A DNA stretch of 64,000 bases from an uncultured delta proteobacterium (lineage in GTDB: Bacteria > Desulfobacterota > Binatia > UBA9968), in contig CAVSLC010000020.1 of assembly GCA_963728565.1 (NCBI GenBank), positions 64,001 to 128,000 of the forward strand. The letters run 5' to 3'. The notes under the pieces are model-generated. The model saw only the letters and a program-made list of their open reading frames with translations. It did not search any database and was not told the origin of the DNA. Below, piece after piece: positions 21,420 through 31,794 of the stretch. The translations under genes were made by a program, and so were the position numbers. Numbering within the stretch: the first letter of the stretch is position 1; each line of letters starts with the position of its first letter.

Positions 21420-22505
21420 ATGAGCAGCTCACTGGCAACCAGAATTATAGATGGCGACGGTCACATTATCGAAGACCATGCGGGAATTATCGCCCATATG
21501 GAGACTCCCTATCGGGAAATCGCTAACCGCAAGGGCATCGTATTTCCGCCACTGGATCATCTTCATACCGGCCGGGCCGTGGAAACACCGCCGCAGCGCG
21601 ATCAGCGCCCCAATGTTGGTCCCAAAGGGTGGCTCGACTTCCTCGATGACGTAGGGATTGACTGGACGGTGCTTTACCCGACCACGGCTCTGGCTTACGG
21701 CAAGATCGTCAGTCTGGATTATGCTGTTGCCGCTGCGCGCGCTTACAACGATTGGCTTTGCGAAACCTATGTCAAATACAATCCGCGGTTTAAGGGCATG
21801 GCGATCATTCCCATGCAAGATCCGGAAGAAGCCGCCAAAGAGCTGCGCCGCGCGGTCACGGAACTGGGAATGTTGGGCGCCATGATGCCTTCCAATGGTT
21901 TGCCGCAGCCGTTAGGCGCCAAGGCGTACTGGCCGATTTATGCCGAGGCCGACCGACTCGGCTGCTGTCTTGCCGTCCATGGCGGCGCGCACGATCGTTT
22001 CGGCATGGATCACATGAATATGTATGTGCCGGTTCATGCGTTGGGTCATCCGTGGGGATTGACCTTCAACTGCGCCAATATCATTTACAACGGTATCTTC
22101 GACCGCTTCCCGAGAGTGCGCATCGCTTTTCTCGAAGGCGGGGTGGCTTGGCTCCTGCTATTATTGGAACGCCTCCATGCATCGCACGAGACCCATTTTC
22201 AGTATATTCCCCCGTCGGAATTCGGCATACGAGAAGAAGACGATCCTGGCAAATACATTAACAAACAAATTCAGGAAGGGCGCTTTTTTCTCGGCATCGA
22301 AACCGAGGAACTGACTCTTCCTTTTGCCATCAAGATCGTCGGCAATTCGCCATTCCTCTACTCGTCTGATTTTCCCCATGAGGTCACCAACGAAAGCTGC
22401 AAGCATGATCTTGGCGAGCTGATGGAGAGTGACGAAATCACTGCGGAAGACAAAGCCGCAATGCTGTACAAGAACGCCGAAAGGTTCTACAAGCTCCCGC
22501 TATAA
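21420..22505 (+). CDS. Amidohydrolase_2 family metal-dependent hydrolase/decarboxylase
   Basis: IDGDGH, AYNDWL, YWPIY, AVHG, GIFDRFP...LEGG, SSDFPH, NAERFY; AGGAGG RBS. Confidence 0.9.
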   Translation: MSSSLATRIIDGDGHIIEDHAGIIAHMETPYREIANRKGIVFPPLDHLHTGRAVETPPQRDQRPNVGPKGWLDFLDDVGIDWTVLYPTTALAYGKIVSLDYAVAAARAYNDWLCETYVKYNPRFKGMAIIPMQDPEEAAKELRRAVTELGMLGAMMPSNGLPQPLGAKAYWPIYAEADRLGCCLAVHGGAHDRFGMDHMNMYVPVHALGHPWGLTFNCANIIYNGIFDRFPRVRIAFLEGGVAWLLLLLERLHASHETHFQYIPPSEFGIREEDDPGKYINKQIQEGRFFLGIETEELTLPFAIKIVGNSPFLYSSDFPHEVTNESCKHDLGELMESDEITAEDKAAMLYKNAERFYKLPL

Positions 22506-22665
22506 GATGAAAGAGTTACTGAAGCGAGACCCCTGAAGTTCTGTGAGTGACACGGCGAAGCTATTCTGAATCGGCGCTAAATACCGGCGAATTCCAGAGG
22601 TGTATCGCAGGGACTTTCTTCTGTGATCAATCACCTGTCGCCATAAAGCCGGAGGTTTAACATTC

Positions 22666-23751
22666 ATGAACGACTGTCGCGCTGCCGTTATCACCGCGCA
22701 TAATCAACCACTGACGATTGAGCGAGTGCCCATTCCTGACCTTGAACCCGGAGCGCTGCTGGTCAAAATCGCCGCCTCTACTTTGTGCGGCACGGACGTA
22801 CACCGCTGGCATGGACCGCTGGGAGACGGGGACAGCTTGCCCATCATCACCGGCCATGAACCCTGCGGTTACATCGAAGAAATCAACGGAGAACGAACCG
22901 ATATCTTAGGTCAACCGGTGAAGCGCGGCGATCGCATCGTCTGGAGCTATGTCGCTTGCGGGAGCTGCTACTACTGCAGCGTCGCGTTGCAGCCTTGCAT
23001 CTGTCCAGGGCGCGCCTCATGGGGGCATAACCGCAGCGATCAGTATCCCTATCTGCTGGGTAGCTGCGCCGAATATATGTATGTGCCGCCTCCTTGTCTG
23101 ATTATCAAAGTGCCTGAAGAGGTCTCATCGGCTTCGGCGGCGGCTTCCGCCTGTGCGTATCGCACCGTGATGCACGGCTTTGACCGGTTGGGCGCAATTA
23201 AGAGCAACGAGACGGTGGTGATTCAAGGCAGTGGACCGTTAGGCAATTTTGCTACCGCCGTTGCCAAAGATCATGGCGCCAAAAAAGTATTGGTCATCGG
23301 CGCGCCCGCGGCTCGTCTGGAAGTCACCCGTCGGATGGGCGCCGATGCGGTATTGAATTTGGAAGAGGTCACCGATGCCAAAGACCGCCGCCAATGGGTG
23401 CAAGATCATACCGACGGCCGTGGCGGTGATGTGGTGATCCAGGTCGCCAACAATATGGCGGTGCCCGAGGGACTCACGTTGCTTCGGGGCGGCGGCCGCT
23501 ACTTGAATATCGGCGCCGGCGGCAAAGCCAATATTGCGGTAGAGCGCCTGCCGCAAGAAATGACGCTGGTGACCGTCAGATCCGCGGAACCGCGTCACTG
23601 GTTGCAAGCCATCGATTTTTTGGCGACGCGCAAGGATCGATTTCCGTTCGAGGCGATGATTACGGCGCGCTACGATCTCGAACACGTAAACGACGCGCTT
23701 CAAGCGATGGCGAGTTACCAGGTGGTAAAAGCCGTCATCGACCTCAACTGA
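22666..23751 (+). CDS. Zinc-dependent alcohol dehydrogenase (MDR family)
   Basis: LCGTDVH, GHE, CGSCYYC...C structural Zn site, GSGPLG. Confidence 0.92.
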   Translation: MNDCRAAVITAHNQPLTIERVPIPDLEPGALLVKIAASTLCGTDVHRWHGPLGDGDSLPIITGHEPCGYIEEINGERTDILGQPVKRGDRIVWSYVACGSCYYCSVALQPCICPGRASWGHNRSDQYPYLLGSCAEYMYVPPPCLIIKVPEEVSSASAAASACAYRTVMHGFDRLGAIKSNETVVIQGSGPLGNFATAVAKDHGAKKVLVIGAPAARLEVTRRMGADAVLNLEEVTDAKDRRQWVQDHTDGRGGDVVIQVANNMAVPEGLTLLRGGGRYLNIGAGGKANIAVERLPQEMTLVTVRSAEPRHWLQAIDFLATRKDRFPFEAMITARYDLEHVNDALQAMASYQVVKAVIDLN

Positions 23752-23918
23752 GAACACGGCGCGAGCCGACTTTACTTTACGTGGAGATCGGACGGAGTTT
23801 CATCTTACCTCTGTGACAAGTAGGAAGAAATGTAGATCGAAGAGGCAGTGTCGGTTAACCAGCAGCGGACATACGAAACGATTAACGAGCTGTGCCGCAG
23901 CTCAGGGGCTGAAGCGGG

Positions 23919-23946
23919 TCCGGCGGCTAAACCAGTAGCCGCCGGA
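23919..23946. terminator. GC-rich hairpin between convergent genes
   Basis: TCCGGCGGCTA-AACCAG-TAGCCGCCGGA, perfect 11-bp stem; no U-tract. Confidence 0.45.
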
Positions 23947-23981
23947 ACTCCTGCTTAACAAGTCACTCATGTATTTGAAAG

Positions 23982-24149
23982 TCAGACTGGCGGCGAACGC
24001 CTGCCCATGACTAAGCTTACTAAAAACAGAACCAAGAATATGACGAACAGAACCCAGGCTATCTGAGTTGCCGCGCCCGCAATGCCCGAAAGACCTAGAA
24101 GGCCAGCGATCAGACCGATGACTAGAAATGTGATACTCCAGCTAAGCAT
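23982..24149 (-). CDS. DUF1328 (UPF0391/YtjA-like) small membrane protein, 55 aa; not in the ORF track
   Basis: AGGAG RBS, then [55 protein letters not shown]. Confidence 0.9.
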   Translation of the reverse strand: MLSWSITFLVIGLIAGLLGLSGIAGAATQIAWVLFVIFLVLFLVSLVMGRRSPPV

Positions 24150-24220
24150 AATGTTCTCCTTTTCCCTTGGGTTTCCTCAACAGCACACCACGACACTTCT
24201 CGAACAAACAACGTTGGATA

Positions 24221-24820
24221 TCAGCCCGCCTCTTCCGTGCCAGCTTCCTGATACAACGGTTCAATCCGAACCAGTGTTAAACCTGACTCGACAAAGCCCA
24301 AAGCGTTAGCCGCCGCACGGGAGAGATCAATGACCCGATCGCCGACATAAGGTCCGCGATCATTTATCTCTACTTCCACACTGTTGCCATTCTCCAGATT
24401 TGTGACTTTTGCTTTCGTGCCTAGGGGAAGTGTCTTATGTGCTGCCGTTAGCCTACCCTGATCAAAAATTTCTCCGCTGGCGGTCTTCTTACCGTGAAAT
24501 CCGGGTCCATACCATGACGCTTGGCCCCGTATTACTTTTTTCTTCGAAGTCTCACGACTATTTGCCTGACGCATCGCTTTTCCTTGAACCCGCCTATTTT
24601 TAGCAGGCACAGCTGCATCCTCTAGGGTCGCCGCTTCGGCCGATTGCGGCTTTACACCTACCAGCGATCCCGGCAAAACACTCCCACCGTGAATCAGTGA
24701 GGAAGCCAGTAAAAAAACCATCCCCAATGAAGGCTGAGTTTCGACAAGAATACGCGTCGTTGAGTTCTTCAGACGAAGGCATATCTCTTCCCTCCATTTC
24801 TGTGATCGATTCCATGGCAA
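24221..24820 (-). CDS. rlpA: Septal ring lytic transglycosylase RlpA family (DPBB domain); start uncertain
   Basis: GQASWYG..FHGKKTASGE, TAAHKTLPLGT, INDRGPY, IDLSRAAA. Confidence 0.88.
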   Translation of the reverse strand: MPWNRSQKWREEICLRLKNSTTRILVETQPSLGMVFLLASSLIHGGSVLPGSLVGVKPQSAEAATLEDAAVPAKNRRVQGKAMRQANSRETSKKKVIRGQASWYGPGFHGKKTASGEIFDQGRLTAAHKTLPLGTKAKVTNLENGNSVEVEINDRGPYVGDRVIDLSRAAANALGFVESGLTLVRIEPLYQEAGTEEAG

Positions 24821-24865
24821 TCATTTCGTGATTGGATTTTGTCGCTCATCTTGAACGAAGCATAA

Positions 24866-24882
24866 GGCAAGAGCCGTGCCGG
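24866..24882 (-). promoter_or_regulatory. Putative sigma54 (-24/-12) promoter upstream of rlpA and DUF1328
   Basis: Minus strand CCGGCACGGCTCTTGCC (GG-N10-GC); IHF-like TATCAATATTTAA at 24906-24918. Confidence 0.55.
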
Positions 24883-25191
24883 TTGGCAAAAAAAGTCGCT
24901 TAAGCTATCAATATTTAAGGCTATTTCCACCGCCAATCAGATCAGGAACCGGACGCTGCCTGTACTGAATAACCTACAAGGCAGCCGCATGGACGGCCCC
25001 ATCGACTACCTTGATATGACATTGCTATTTGCTCTCGGCCGCACTGACGGTGAGCAAGATTGGCACAGTCAGGTTGTTAATTTACCTGGTGTTAGGGATA
25101 GTAAGACGAGTGCTACTCAGCGGTTACCGTTCAATTGTCTCGGAAATGAGACACAGCCGTGGGGTATCGAAAGGATCTTTGTTAGTGGGAT

Positions 25192-26940
25192 TTATCTCAA
25201 AGGATCTTTGCAAATAACGTTGAGCATCGCCTGGCGCTTTTCTTCCCTTACGACTTTCAACGCGCGCTTTAGCGCGCCCGGGAGCGCTTCCGGTTCTTCG
25301 ACACGCTCGGCGTATGCGCCGCAAGCTTGCGCCGTTAATTCGAACTTTGGCGACGGACTCAAATCGGTTCCTGGAAAGTTGCCGGTTTTTTGGGCGATAC
25401 CGTCAGGAAAGAGTCCGCGCGCGGCGTTGAGGCTCGCATTCCAAGCTTGGTTGTTGTAGACCACCGTTAGAAATGGAATGCGATATTTCTGCGCCGTGAA
25501 ATGACATGCAGTTGGCGCGCAGAACATATAAGAGCCATCTCCTTCTGCTGCAATGACGGTAGCTTCAGGAGCTCCCAACTTTACACCGATCGCCGCGCCC
25601 AGACCCCAACCGAGATGGCCCGCTAGTGGCGTGCCGAATTGAGAACCTGGCCGGTTCAAATGAATTACATCGGCAAGTTTCGACGTCACGGTTTCGTTGA
25701 CGATGATCGTCTTTTCGTCGATTACGTCACCGATACACTTTGACACCCATAACGGATTGATCGCCTGTTCATTTTTAACTGCGTCGATGCTGCCTTCGAC
25801 TTGACGCCACATCGCATGATGCTCGGCTTCTATCCTCTTGCGGCGATCTTCGAAGTGATTCTGCTTCGTCTTGATCTTTTGCAGCTTCGATCTAACGATC
25901 GAGGTCAGCGCCGGCAACGATATTTCCGAGCAGCCGGTTATCGGCAAGTCGGCAGGGAAGCCCCAGCCCGGAATGCCGGTGAACAGCGGATCGCGCTCAA
26001 GATGGATGATTTTCGCATCGGATCGGATAAAACGCCGGCTTGGCGGTTCCCATGGCACATCGGTATCGATGAAAAAAAGCACATCGGCTTCTTTGGAATG
26101 CTGAATCGTTTGCACTCCGAGGTAGAGCGGATGATCGGTGGGAAAATTGAGGTAACTCATTTGTTGCACCACCGGAATGGCGAGTAGTTCAGCAAGCTCT
26201 ACGAGTCGCGGCACCGCTTCGGGATTGCGCCCAAGATACTTTGTCACGATCAGCGGACGTTCCGCGTCTATGAGAAGTTCGGCGGCCTGCTCCAACGCGG
26301 CTTCATCAGCCTGCATTTTGGTGGAGGGCACCAAAGAATCCGATGACAACTCTGTCGACTCCAACGCTTCGCACAGCCATTCCCGGGGCAAGGTTAAATA
26401 GACCGGACCGCGCGGCTCGCTCATCGCAATCTTAAAAGCGCGCGATACCACGGCGGCGAGGTTCTGATTGGTTCTCAACTCGTAATCCCATTTGACGAAC
26501 TCGCGCACTATGTTTCCTTGATCGCGCGACTCCTGCCGCCAATGAATGTTCTGGCTCTTGCCACCGCGCAGCTCTCCTTCGGTGATCGGTGTTCTGCCCG
26601 CCACCAGCAATACCGGAACATTTGCCGACTGAGCATTGATGATCCCGCCTAGCGCATTGGCGGTGCCGGGCAACGTATGCACCAAAACCATTTGCGGCTT
26701 CTGAGTGACGTTGTAATAACCATGCGCCATGGAGACCGCCGCCAACTCGTGCGGGACGACAATGGGCTGAAGATCGTTAGGATCTTCGGTCGCGGTTTTT
26801 GCCAAAGCTTCTATGATCGGGCCATGATCAGTTCCGGTGTTGGCGAAGAGATAGCGGACCGCCCCAAGCGCGCGCACGTGCGCCAGGAACGCCTCGGCCC
26901 CGGTGGATACCGGCAGTGACTTCACTTTTTCTTTACTCAT
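25192..26940 (-). CDS. Thiamine pyrophosphate-requiring enzyme (acetolactate synthase/benzoylformate decarboxylase-like)
   Basis: FANTGTD, PHE..AVSMAHGY, PRGPVYL.LP, GDGSY...NN TPP-binding motif. Confidence 0.9.
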   Translation of the reverse strand: MSKEKVKSLPVSTGAEAFLAHVRALGAVRYLFANTGTDHGPIIEALAKTATEDPNDLQPIVVPHELAAVSMAHGYYNVTQKPQMVLVHTLPGTANALGGIINAQSANVPVLLVAGRTPITEGELRGGKSQNIHWRQESRDQGNIVREFVKWDYELRTNQNLAAVVSRAFKIAMSEPRGPVYLTLPREWLCEALESTELSSDSLVPSTKMQADEAALEQAAELLIDAERPLIVTKYLGRNPEAVPRLVELAELLAIPVVQQMSYLNFPTDHPLYLGVQTIQHSKEADVLFFIDTDVPWEPPSRRFIRSDAKIIHLERDPLFTGIPGWGFPADLPITGCSEISLPALTSIVRSKLQKIKTKQNHFEDRRKRIEAEHHAMWRQVEGSIDAVKNEQAINPLWVSKCIGDVIDEKTIIVNETVTSKLADVIHLNRPGSQFGTPLAGHLGWGLGAAIGVKLGAPEATVIAAEGDGSYMFCAPTACHFTAQKYRIPFLTVVYNNQAWNASLNAARGLFPDGIAQKTGNFPGTDLSPSPKFELTAQACGAYAERVEEPEALPGALKRALKVVREEKRQAMLNVICKDPLR

Positions 26941-27195
26941 GAGCAATTTTTCCTTTCCCCAGTATCGGCGAACAGGCCCGCCGGGTGAATCCATAACTCA
27001 GAAAACTCTAGCATTCATGCTTGTGTCCGGCAGATTACATGGGATCTTTCGAGGGCGTCAAGCACGGCTGCCTTTTCCGCGCACATCGGCGCTGTACGCC
27101 AGCCAATGAACTTGACAAACTTTTCATAAATGAAAGATTGAAACGATCCATTCATGATGAGTCGCACTCTCAAACAGTGACCAGGAGGAAGGACA

Positions 27196-27433
27196 ATGGA
27201 GACGTGGAGAGCGGAAGAGATCGGTGCCACTGCAGGAAAGGTATGGAACTTTTTGCATAGTCGCGGTGAATCAAGCTTAAGCGCGGTAGAACGCGGAGTG
27301 GGCGCGCCGAAACAGCTGGTATGCATGGCCGTTGGTTGGCTTGCGCGGGAAGGGAAAGGTTGCGCTACGGCAGGAAAAACGCTCGTTGCAACTGTGTCTG
27401 ACCGACGGCGAGCAAAATTCTCGCAGGCAGTGA
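27196..27433 (+). CDS. DUF2582-type winged helix protein; frameshift near 27355
   Basis: IGATAGKVWNFL...MAVGWLAREGK; continues as VALRQEKRSLQLCL in a shifted frame to TGA 27433; AGGAGG RBS. Confidence 0.75.
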
Positions 27434-27557
27434 CAACGGCGGTAGAGTGTCGCGCGTTTACGCCCGTAAAGGCGCCTAGGTGAAACTAGACTTATCAACA
27501 AACAAGCAGGAGCGTTGGAAGCTAAGGCTTCGGCATTCATTCCGAGTTAACTCGATC

Positions 27558-28694
27558 TTAAAACTTCACCTTGCCTGCATACCCGGTCATTTCGACATAG
27601 CCTGATCCGACGATGGCTTTGTTTCGGAGCGTTCCTTTAACTTGCACAGCCCCCTCCCAGTAAGTAACCCGCGTGCTTCTATTCGTGATCAGCTCTTGTT
27701 CGGCGAAGTGCGGAGCGATTTCTAACTCGATTTGCTCACCGGGAATAATCACTTTCCATTTTATAGGATACTCAGCAGCACTCGCGGGACTTCGCCAACG
27801 CGCGAGGACATCTATTCGATAGTCCTTCAGGGTCAGGTGCCGGGTTGTACCGTCGGCATAAACAACCGTTCCATGTGAGTACGGATCGACGGAGCCATCC
27901 TTCCGGCGCATGAGATAAAGCATAATTTCGCTTCGGTTCTCGAGCTGAATACTAAACCAATCCCAGCCGAGCTGATCTTCGCCGAGCTGGTTGCTGCCAA
28001 ACTCGTGATCCATCCAGGTCAAACCGCGAACCTTTTCCCGTTTGCCGGCGACTAGGAGTTCTCCCTCTGCCTGCATTCGGGTCAACGAATAATAATACGA
28101 GGCCCGGCCTTCCCCTTCGCCTTTTTGGCTGTATCCATTTTGACCATGCAGTACCGGTGGCTTTAGCGACTTTAGCTCCAGGCGGAGTTCGGTGCCGCGG
28201 TCGTTCACCGAAATTTTATGGTTATCTCGATCGCCTTCCACAGACCAGTCTTCGTTCCAAACAAAGAACCGGTCAGTCCTGGCGCCAGCCTTCTCGCCGA
28301 TGCCGCGATTGATGCGCTCGCGAAAAAGAAAATTCTTGCCCGAGATGTTCGAAAGAGCGAAATGCGCCATGTACAATTCAGTAAACAGCGGGGTCTCTTT
28401 GATATTGGACTGTCGATCCCGGACGCCGAATCGGAAGAATGTGACTTGATATCCGAAGCGCTGACCGCTTTCCGCTTGAAGGTGGCCGGTGTAGTACCAC
28501 CATTCGGTTTTGAAATCAGGATGTGAATAGTGATCGGCGGGAAACGACAGGGTTCTGCCGGGGAGCGCGAGTTGATAGCTGAAAGTAGAAGTAGTCTTTT
28601 CACTCTGAGCCCGGGCTCTTACCGAAGGAGAGACGGTAAAAACCAGGAGCAGGATTAGAAACCCGATCCGATGGAGAATTTTTCTGGCTTTCAT
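27558..28694 (-). CDS. Exported lipocalin-like AttH/CrtC family protein
   Basis: Signal peptide; FPADH..HPDFKTEWWYYTG, SYYYS, WMDHEFG, GWDWFS, YWEG, GYVEMTGY. Confidence 0.88.
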   Translation of the reverse strand: MKARKILHRIGFLILLLVFTVSPSVRARAQSEKTTSTFSYQLALPGRTLSFPADHYSHPDFKTEWWYYTGHLQAESGQRFGYQVTFFRFGVRDRQSNIKETPLFTELYMAHFALSNISGKNFLFRERINRGIGEKAGARTDRFFVWNEDWSVEGDRDNHKISVNDRGTELRLELKSLKPPVLHGQNGYSQKGEGEGRASYYYSLTRMQAEGELLVAGKREKVRGLTWMDHEFGSNQLGEDQLGWDWFSIQLENRSEIMLYLMRRKDGSVDPYSHGTVVYADGTTRHLTLKDYRIDVLARWRSPASAAEYPIKWKVIIPGEQIELEIAPHFAEQELITNRSTRVTYWEGAVQVKGTLRNKAIVGSGYVEMTGYAGKVKF

Positions 28695-28744
28695 ATCGTT
28701 TTCAATAATTGCGGATGCTTTTGGACTAATGCTATAGGGAGACT

Positions 28745-29578
28745 ATGGAAAAACAATACACACGAGAAACGCTCCTGGTATCGGCCGAGGCGCTGAAGAG
28801 AAAACTGGGCTCTGATAGTGTTTGTTTGATCGATGTGCGGCCGGCCGAGGATTTTGCTCAAGGCCACATACCGGGCGCGGTCCATTTTGATTTGTTCGGT
28901 CTTAGTCTCATCGATACGACTGAGGCGCCGCTGAAGGCTTTCATGCATATGATCCATCACGTACTGGAACTGCGCGGCGTTAGCGAAAACAAAGAAGTGG
29001 TCGTGTATGAGAATAACTCGGGGATGCGCGCCGCCCGGGCGCTGTGGTTCCTGGACTACTTCGGCCATCCCAATGCGCGTTTGCTTGACGGCGGCATGCA
29101 AGCATGGAAGGCGGCCGGGTTTGCAACGACCACGGAAGTGACTTCCCCGAAAGGTGCCGGTTTCAAAATCAGCGAGCACCGCGAGGTGCTGGCTACCGCC
29201 GACGACGTCCTTCAATCGCTCAACAAAAAGGATGTTTCAATCCTTGACACCCGAAGCCGCGCCGAATACGTCGGCAGGCAAATCCGAGCGGCCCGAGGCG
29301 GAGCCATTCCTGGCGCGATTCATATCGAATGGACCGATAACCTGGACGCCAGCGGCAAATTCAAACCTGACGCCGAGCTGAAAGCCATGTACAGCCGTGC
29401 TGGCATAACGGCGGACAAAGAAGTGATTTCGTACTGCCAGGGGGGCTACCGGGCCGCGCATAGTTACGTGGCGCTCCGCTTAATCGGATTTCCCAAAATC
29501 CGTAATTACATCGGCTCCTGGAAGGAATGGGGCGACCGCGCCGATCTTCCGATCGATCAGCCGTCCGAGCAGGAGTGA
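28745..29578 (+). CDS. Tandem-domain rhodanese (sulfurtransferase)
   Basis: GHIPGA, LDGG, DTRS..EY.G, GAIPGA, YCQGGYRA, YIGSWKEW. Confidence 0.92.
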   Translation: MEKQYTRETLLVSAEALKRKLGSDSVCLIDVRPAEDFAQGHIPGAVHFDLFGLSLIDTTEAPLKAFMHMIHHVLELRGVSENKEVVVYENNSGMRAARALWFLDYFGHPNARLLDGGMQAWKAAGFATTTEVTSPKGAGFKISEHREVLATADDVLQSLNKKDVSILDTRSRAEYVGRQIRAARGGAIPGAIHIEWTDNLDASGKFKPDAELKAMYSRAGITADKEVISYCQGGYRAAHSYVALRLIGFPKIRNYIGSWKEWGDRADLPIDQPSEQE

Positions 29579-29674
29579 ATTCAACAACTAAGCGGCAGGC
29601 CGTCGATCATTCCGACAGGGATCCCAAGATGTGCGTACCAAGCGGGGATAAGCGTGATCCGTTAGTGCGACTAT

Positions 29675-30637
29675 TCACCTATAGGCTAGTGGCTGTGGTA
29701 TTTCCCAATAGTACAACGTGTGCACGTCGCCCGCTCCATCACGATAGGCCTCGGTAATCTTCGGCGGCCAATCGCCCATGTTGAAAGTGTACGAAACGAT
29801 GCGCGCGCCGGGCTGGAGTTGGCGCAGCAAGACCGGCTTGAGCGCTTCATTGCCCTCATGAGAGAGATACAAGGTCACTACGCTGGCTGACGACAAGTCG
29901 GCCGTCATGAAATCCTGATGGCGGACCTGCACCAGCTGTTGCAGATTTTCTTGCTTGATATTTTCACGAGCCAGTTTTACCAATCCCGGATCGACCTCAA
30001 AACCTACTGCTTTGATTCGATATTTTTTTGCGGCGGCGGTCAGCACCCGGCCATCGCCGGAGCCAAGATCATACAAGTGATCGCCAGCTTTGATTCCGGC
30101 GAGCGCTAGCATCCGGTCGACGACTTCGTACGGCGTAGGATCGAAAGGCGCCAGTTGTTCGGGAAGCGTTCTTACAGAAGGTCGCTCCAACAGCGGGGCC
30201 GGAGCGAAATTCTCTCCCGGAAGGCTGGGTACAACCGAGGTAGTCCCTGAATCAGATGAGCTCGGAACCTCGATGATTGACGTTCCGGGGTAGTAGGAGG
30301 AGTATGCGGATGAACCAAACCATGGAACATGCGGATAGCGGTGATAGTAGATAAACGGCGGGTAAAATCGTTTGGCAACTACTCGTGCTGGGAAGGTAAA
30401 CTGGATAGACGGTGGACGCCCAAAGTGTGCGCCACGGACACGGGCACGCGGAATAAAAGTTCGATTTCCCGTGAGCGAACCATCGAGCCGGCCCAATCTC
30501 GGCCTTACGGCGGCGGGTCCGGACTTCCCAAAACCGCTGAAGCCGCCGCCAGCCCCACCATTGCCGCGGATCCCTTGGCTCCAAGCCTGATCCGGCGTCA
30601 ATAAGAATACGGCGAGAAAAAACGCCAAAACGTGCAT
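29675..30637 (-). CDS. Class I SAM-dependent methyltransferase with signal-peptide-like, Gly/Pro-rich N-terminus
   Basis: APFDPTP..VVDRML.LA, YDLGSGDGR, VVTLYL, PGARIVS..F.MGDW. Confidence 0.85.
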   Translation of the reverse strand: MHVLAFFLAVFLLTPDQAWSQGIRGNGGAGGGFSGFGKSGPAAVRPRLGRLDGSLTGNRTFIPRARVRGAHFGRPPSIQFTFPARVVAKRFYPPFIYYHRYPHVPWFGSSAYSSYYPGTSIIEVPSSSDSGTTSVVPSLPGENFAPAPLLERPSVRTLPEQLAPFDPTPYEVVDRMLALAGIKAGDHLYDLGSGDGRVLTAAAKKYRIKAVGFEVDPGLVKLARENIKQENLQQLVQVRHQDFMTADLSSASVVTLYLSHEGNEALKPVLLRQLQPGARIVSYTFNMGDWPPKITEAYRDGAGDVHTLYYWEIPQPLAYR

Positions 30638-30754
30638 CGTGCGGGAATCTTAGGAACACTCATCAGCGCAAGTCAACTGGCTCGATACACCGGCGATTGG
30701 CCGCTAAACACAATGTCGAAATCAGCCCTTACTTAGCATGGAGGCGGTGCATCC

Positions 30755-31630
30755 CTAGTTCGTTCGACTAACGAGTATCGCATCGTCTGAACGAACATAG
30801 CCTGGCGGTCTCCCTTGCTTGGAACGAACTTCGAGCCAGTTTCCGACCGCGCGCACCACCGTGATCTTGGTGCCCTTGTTGATGTCCGTAACGCTGCGGG
30901 CGGTGGTCGAGGGCTCTTCACGCACGCTGGTAGCGCGGATGACCTCATAAAGCCCCGGCTCAGCAGAACGGCGGGCCGGTGGCGTTTGCGAAGCCGGCGT
31001 TTTGACCGAACGCGCCGATGAGGCCGGCGCTATCGACGGACGCTTCGCCGCAACCCGCGCCGCTTCCTGCGTCGCGGCGGCTAATCGCTGTTGCGCAGAC
31101 AAGAGTTCCTTTTGGTTTTCCTCCAGCTTTGCCGTAAGCGATGTCAGCTGGCTTTTGCTTTTATCTAGTTCTTGGCGGAGCTGTTTCAGTTCTCCTTCAA
31201 GTGTCCTGACTTTTTCCTCGCGTTCTTGCACCTGCTTGGAGTTGGCCTCTTCCAGCTGGCGAGCATCATTCCTTTGCCTATACCCGGCAATTAAAAAGAG
31301 ACCTAAACCAAGAACGGCTATCAAACTCGCCGCCAGCGTCGCCATCGCAGGTTTTCTCCAGGCCCGGCGGGCAGCCTGGCCACGGCTATGAGCGGGTTGG
31401 TCAGCCATTTCATCGCGCCCGGGCCATTGAGGTCTCTCCTCGGCGGTCCCGAACTCCGCCTTGCAATAAGGACACTTCGCAGCATTTTCCTCGATGCTGT
31501 TTGCGCAGTGCGGGCAAAGCCGGGCCCGGTTCGTATTAGCCGTCACCAGCGCTCTACCGTCCTTGGTACAGAAACCGATCTGGTCATCATACTCAACGGA
31601 ACAATTAGGACAACGTTTCATGCCAGACAT
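30755..31630 (-). CDS. Zinc-ribbon, TM, coiled-coil and bacterial SH3 domain protein
   Basis: CPNC..FC, CPHC..CPYC; one TM; long coiled coil; VREEPS...GNWLEV...GYV. Confidence 0.78.
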   Translation of the reverse strand: MSGMKRCPNCSVEYDDQIGFCTKDGRALVTANTNRARLCPHCANSIEENAAKCPYCKAEFGTAEERPQWPGRDEMADQPAHSRGQAARRAWRKPAMATLAASLIAVLGLGLFLIAGYRQRNDARQLEEANSKQVQEREEKVRTLEGELKQLRQELDKSKSQLTSLTAKLEENQKELLSAQQRLAAATQEAARVAAKRPSIAPASSARSVKTPASQTPPARRSAEPGLYEVIRATSVREEPSTTARSVTDINKGTKITVVRAVGNWLEVRSKQGRPPGYVRSDDAILVSRTN

Positions 31631-31744
31631 TGTTAGATGATTAATCTCGCGGGTCAAGGGAAAGCATGCGGGCGAACGCTTGCCACCAGTCTCACGCATT
31701 AGAGGTTCTTACTCTGTACCGTCGTAAGAAATAGCCGTTGTTTG

Positions 31745-31773
31745 TTGCCGGGATTCCACCCTTGCGCTATAGA
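31745..31773 (+). promoter_or_regulatory. Putative sigma70 promoter upstream of repeat copy 4 and the OCD gene
   Basis: TTGCCG-N17-TATAGA. Confidence 0.4.
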
Positions 31774-31794
31774 ACGTTGGACAAACTCTGGGTA

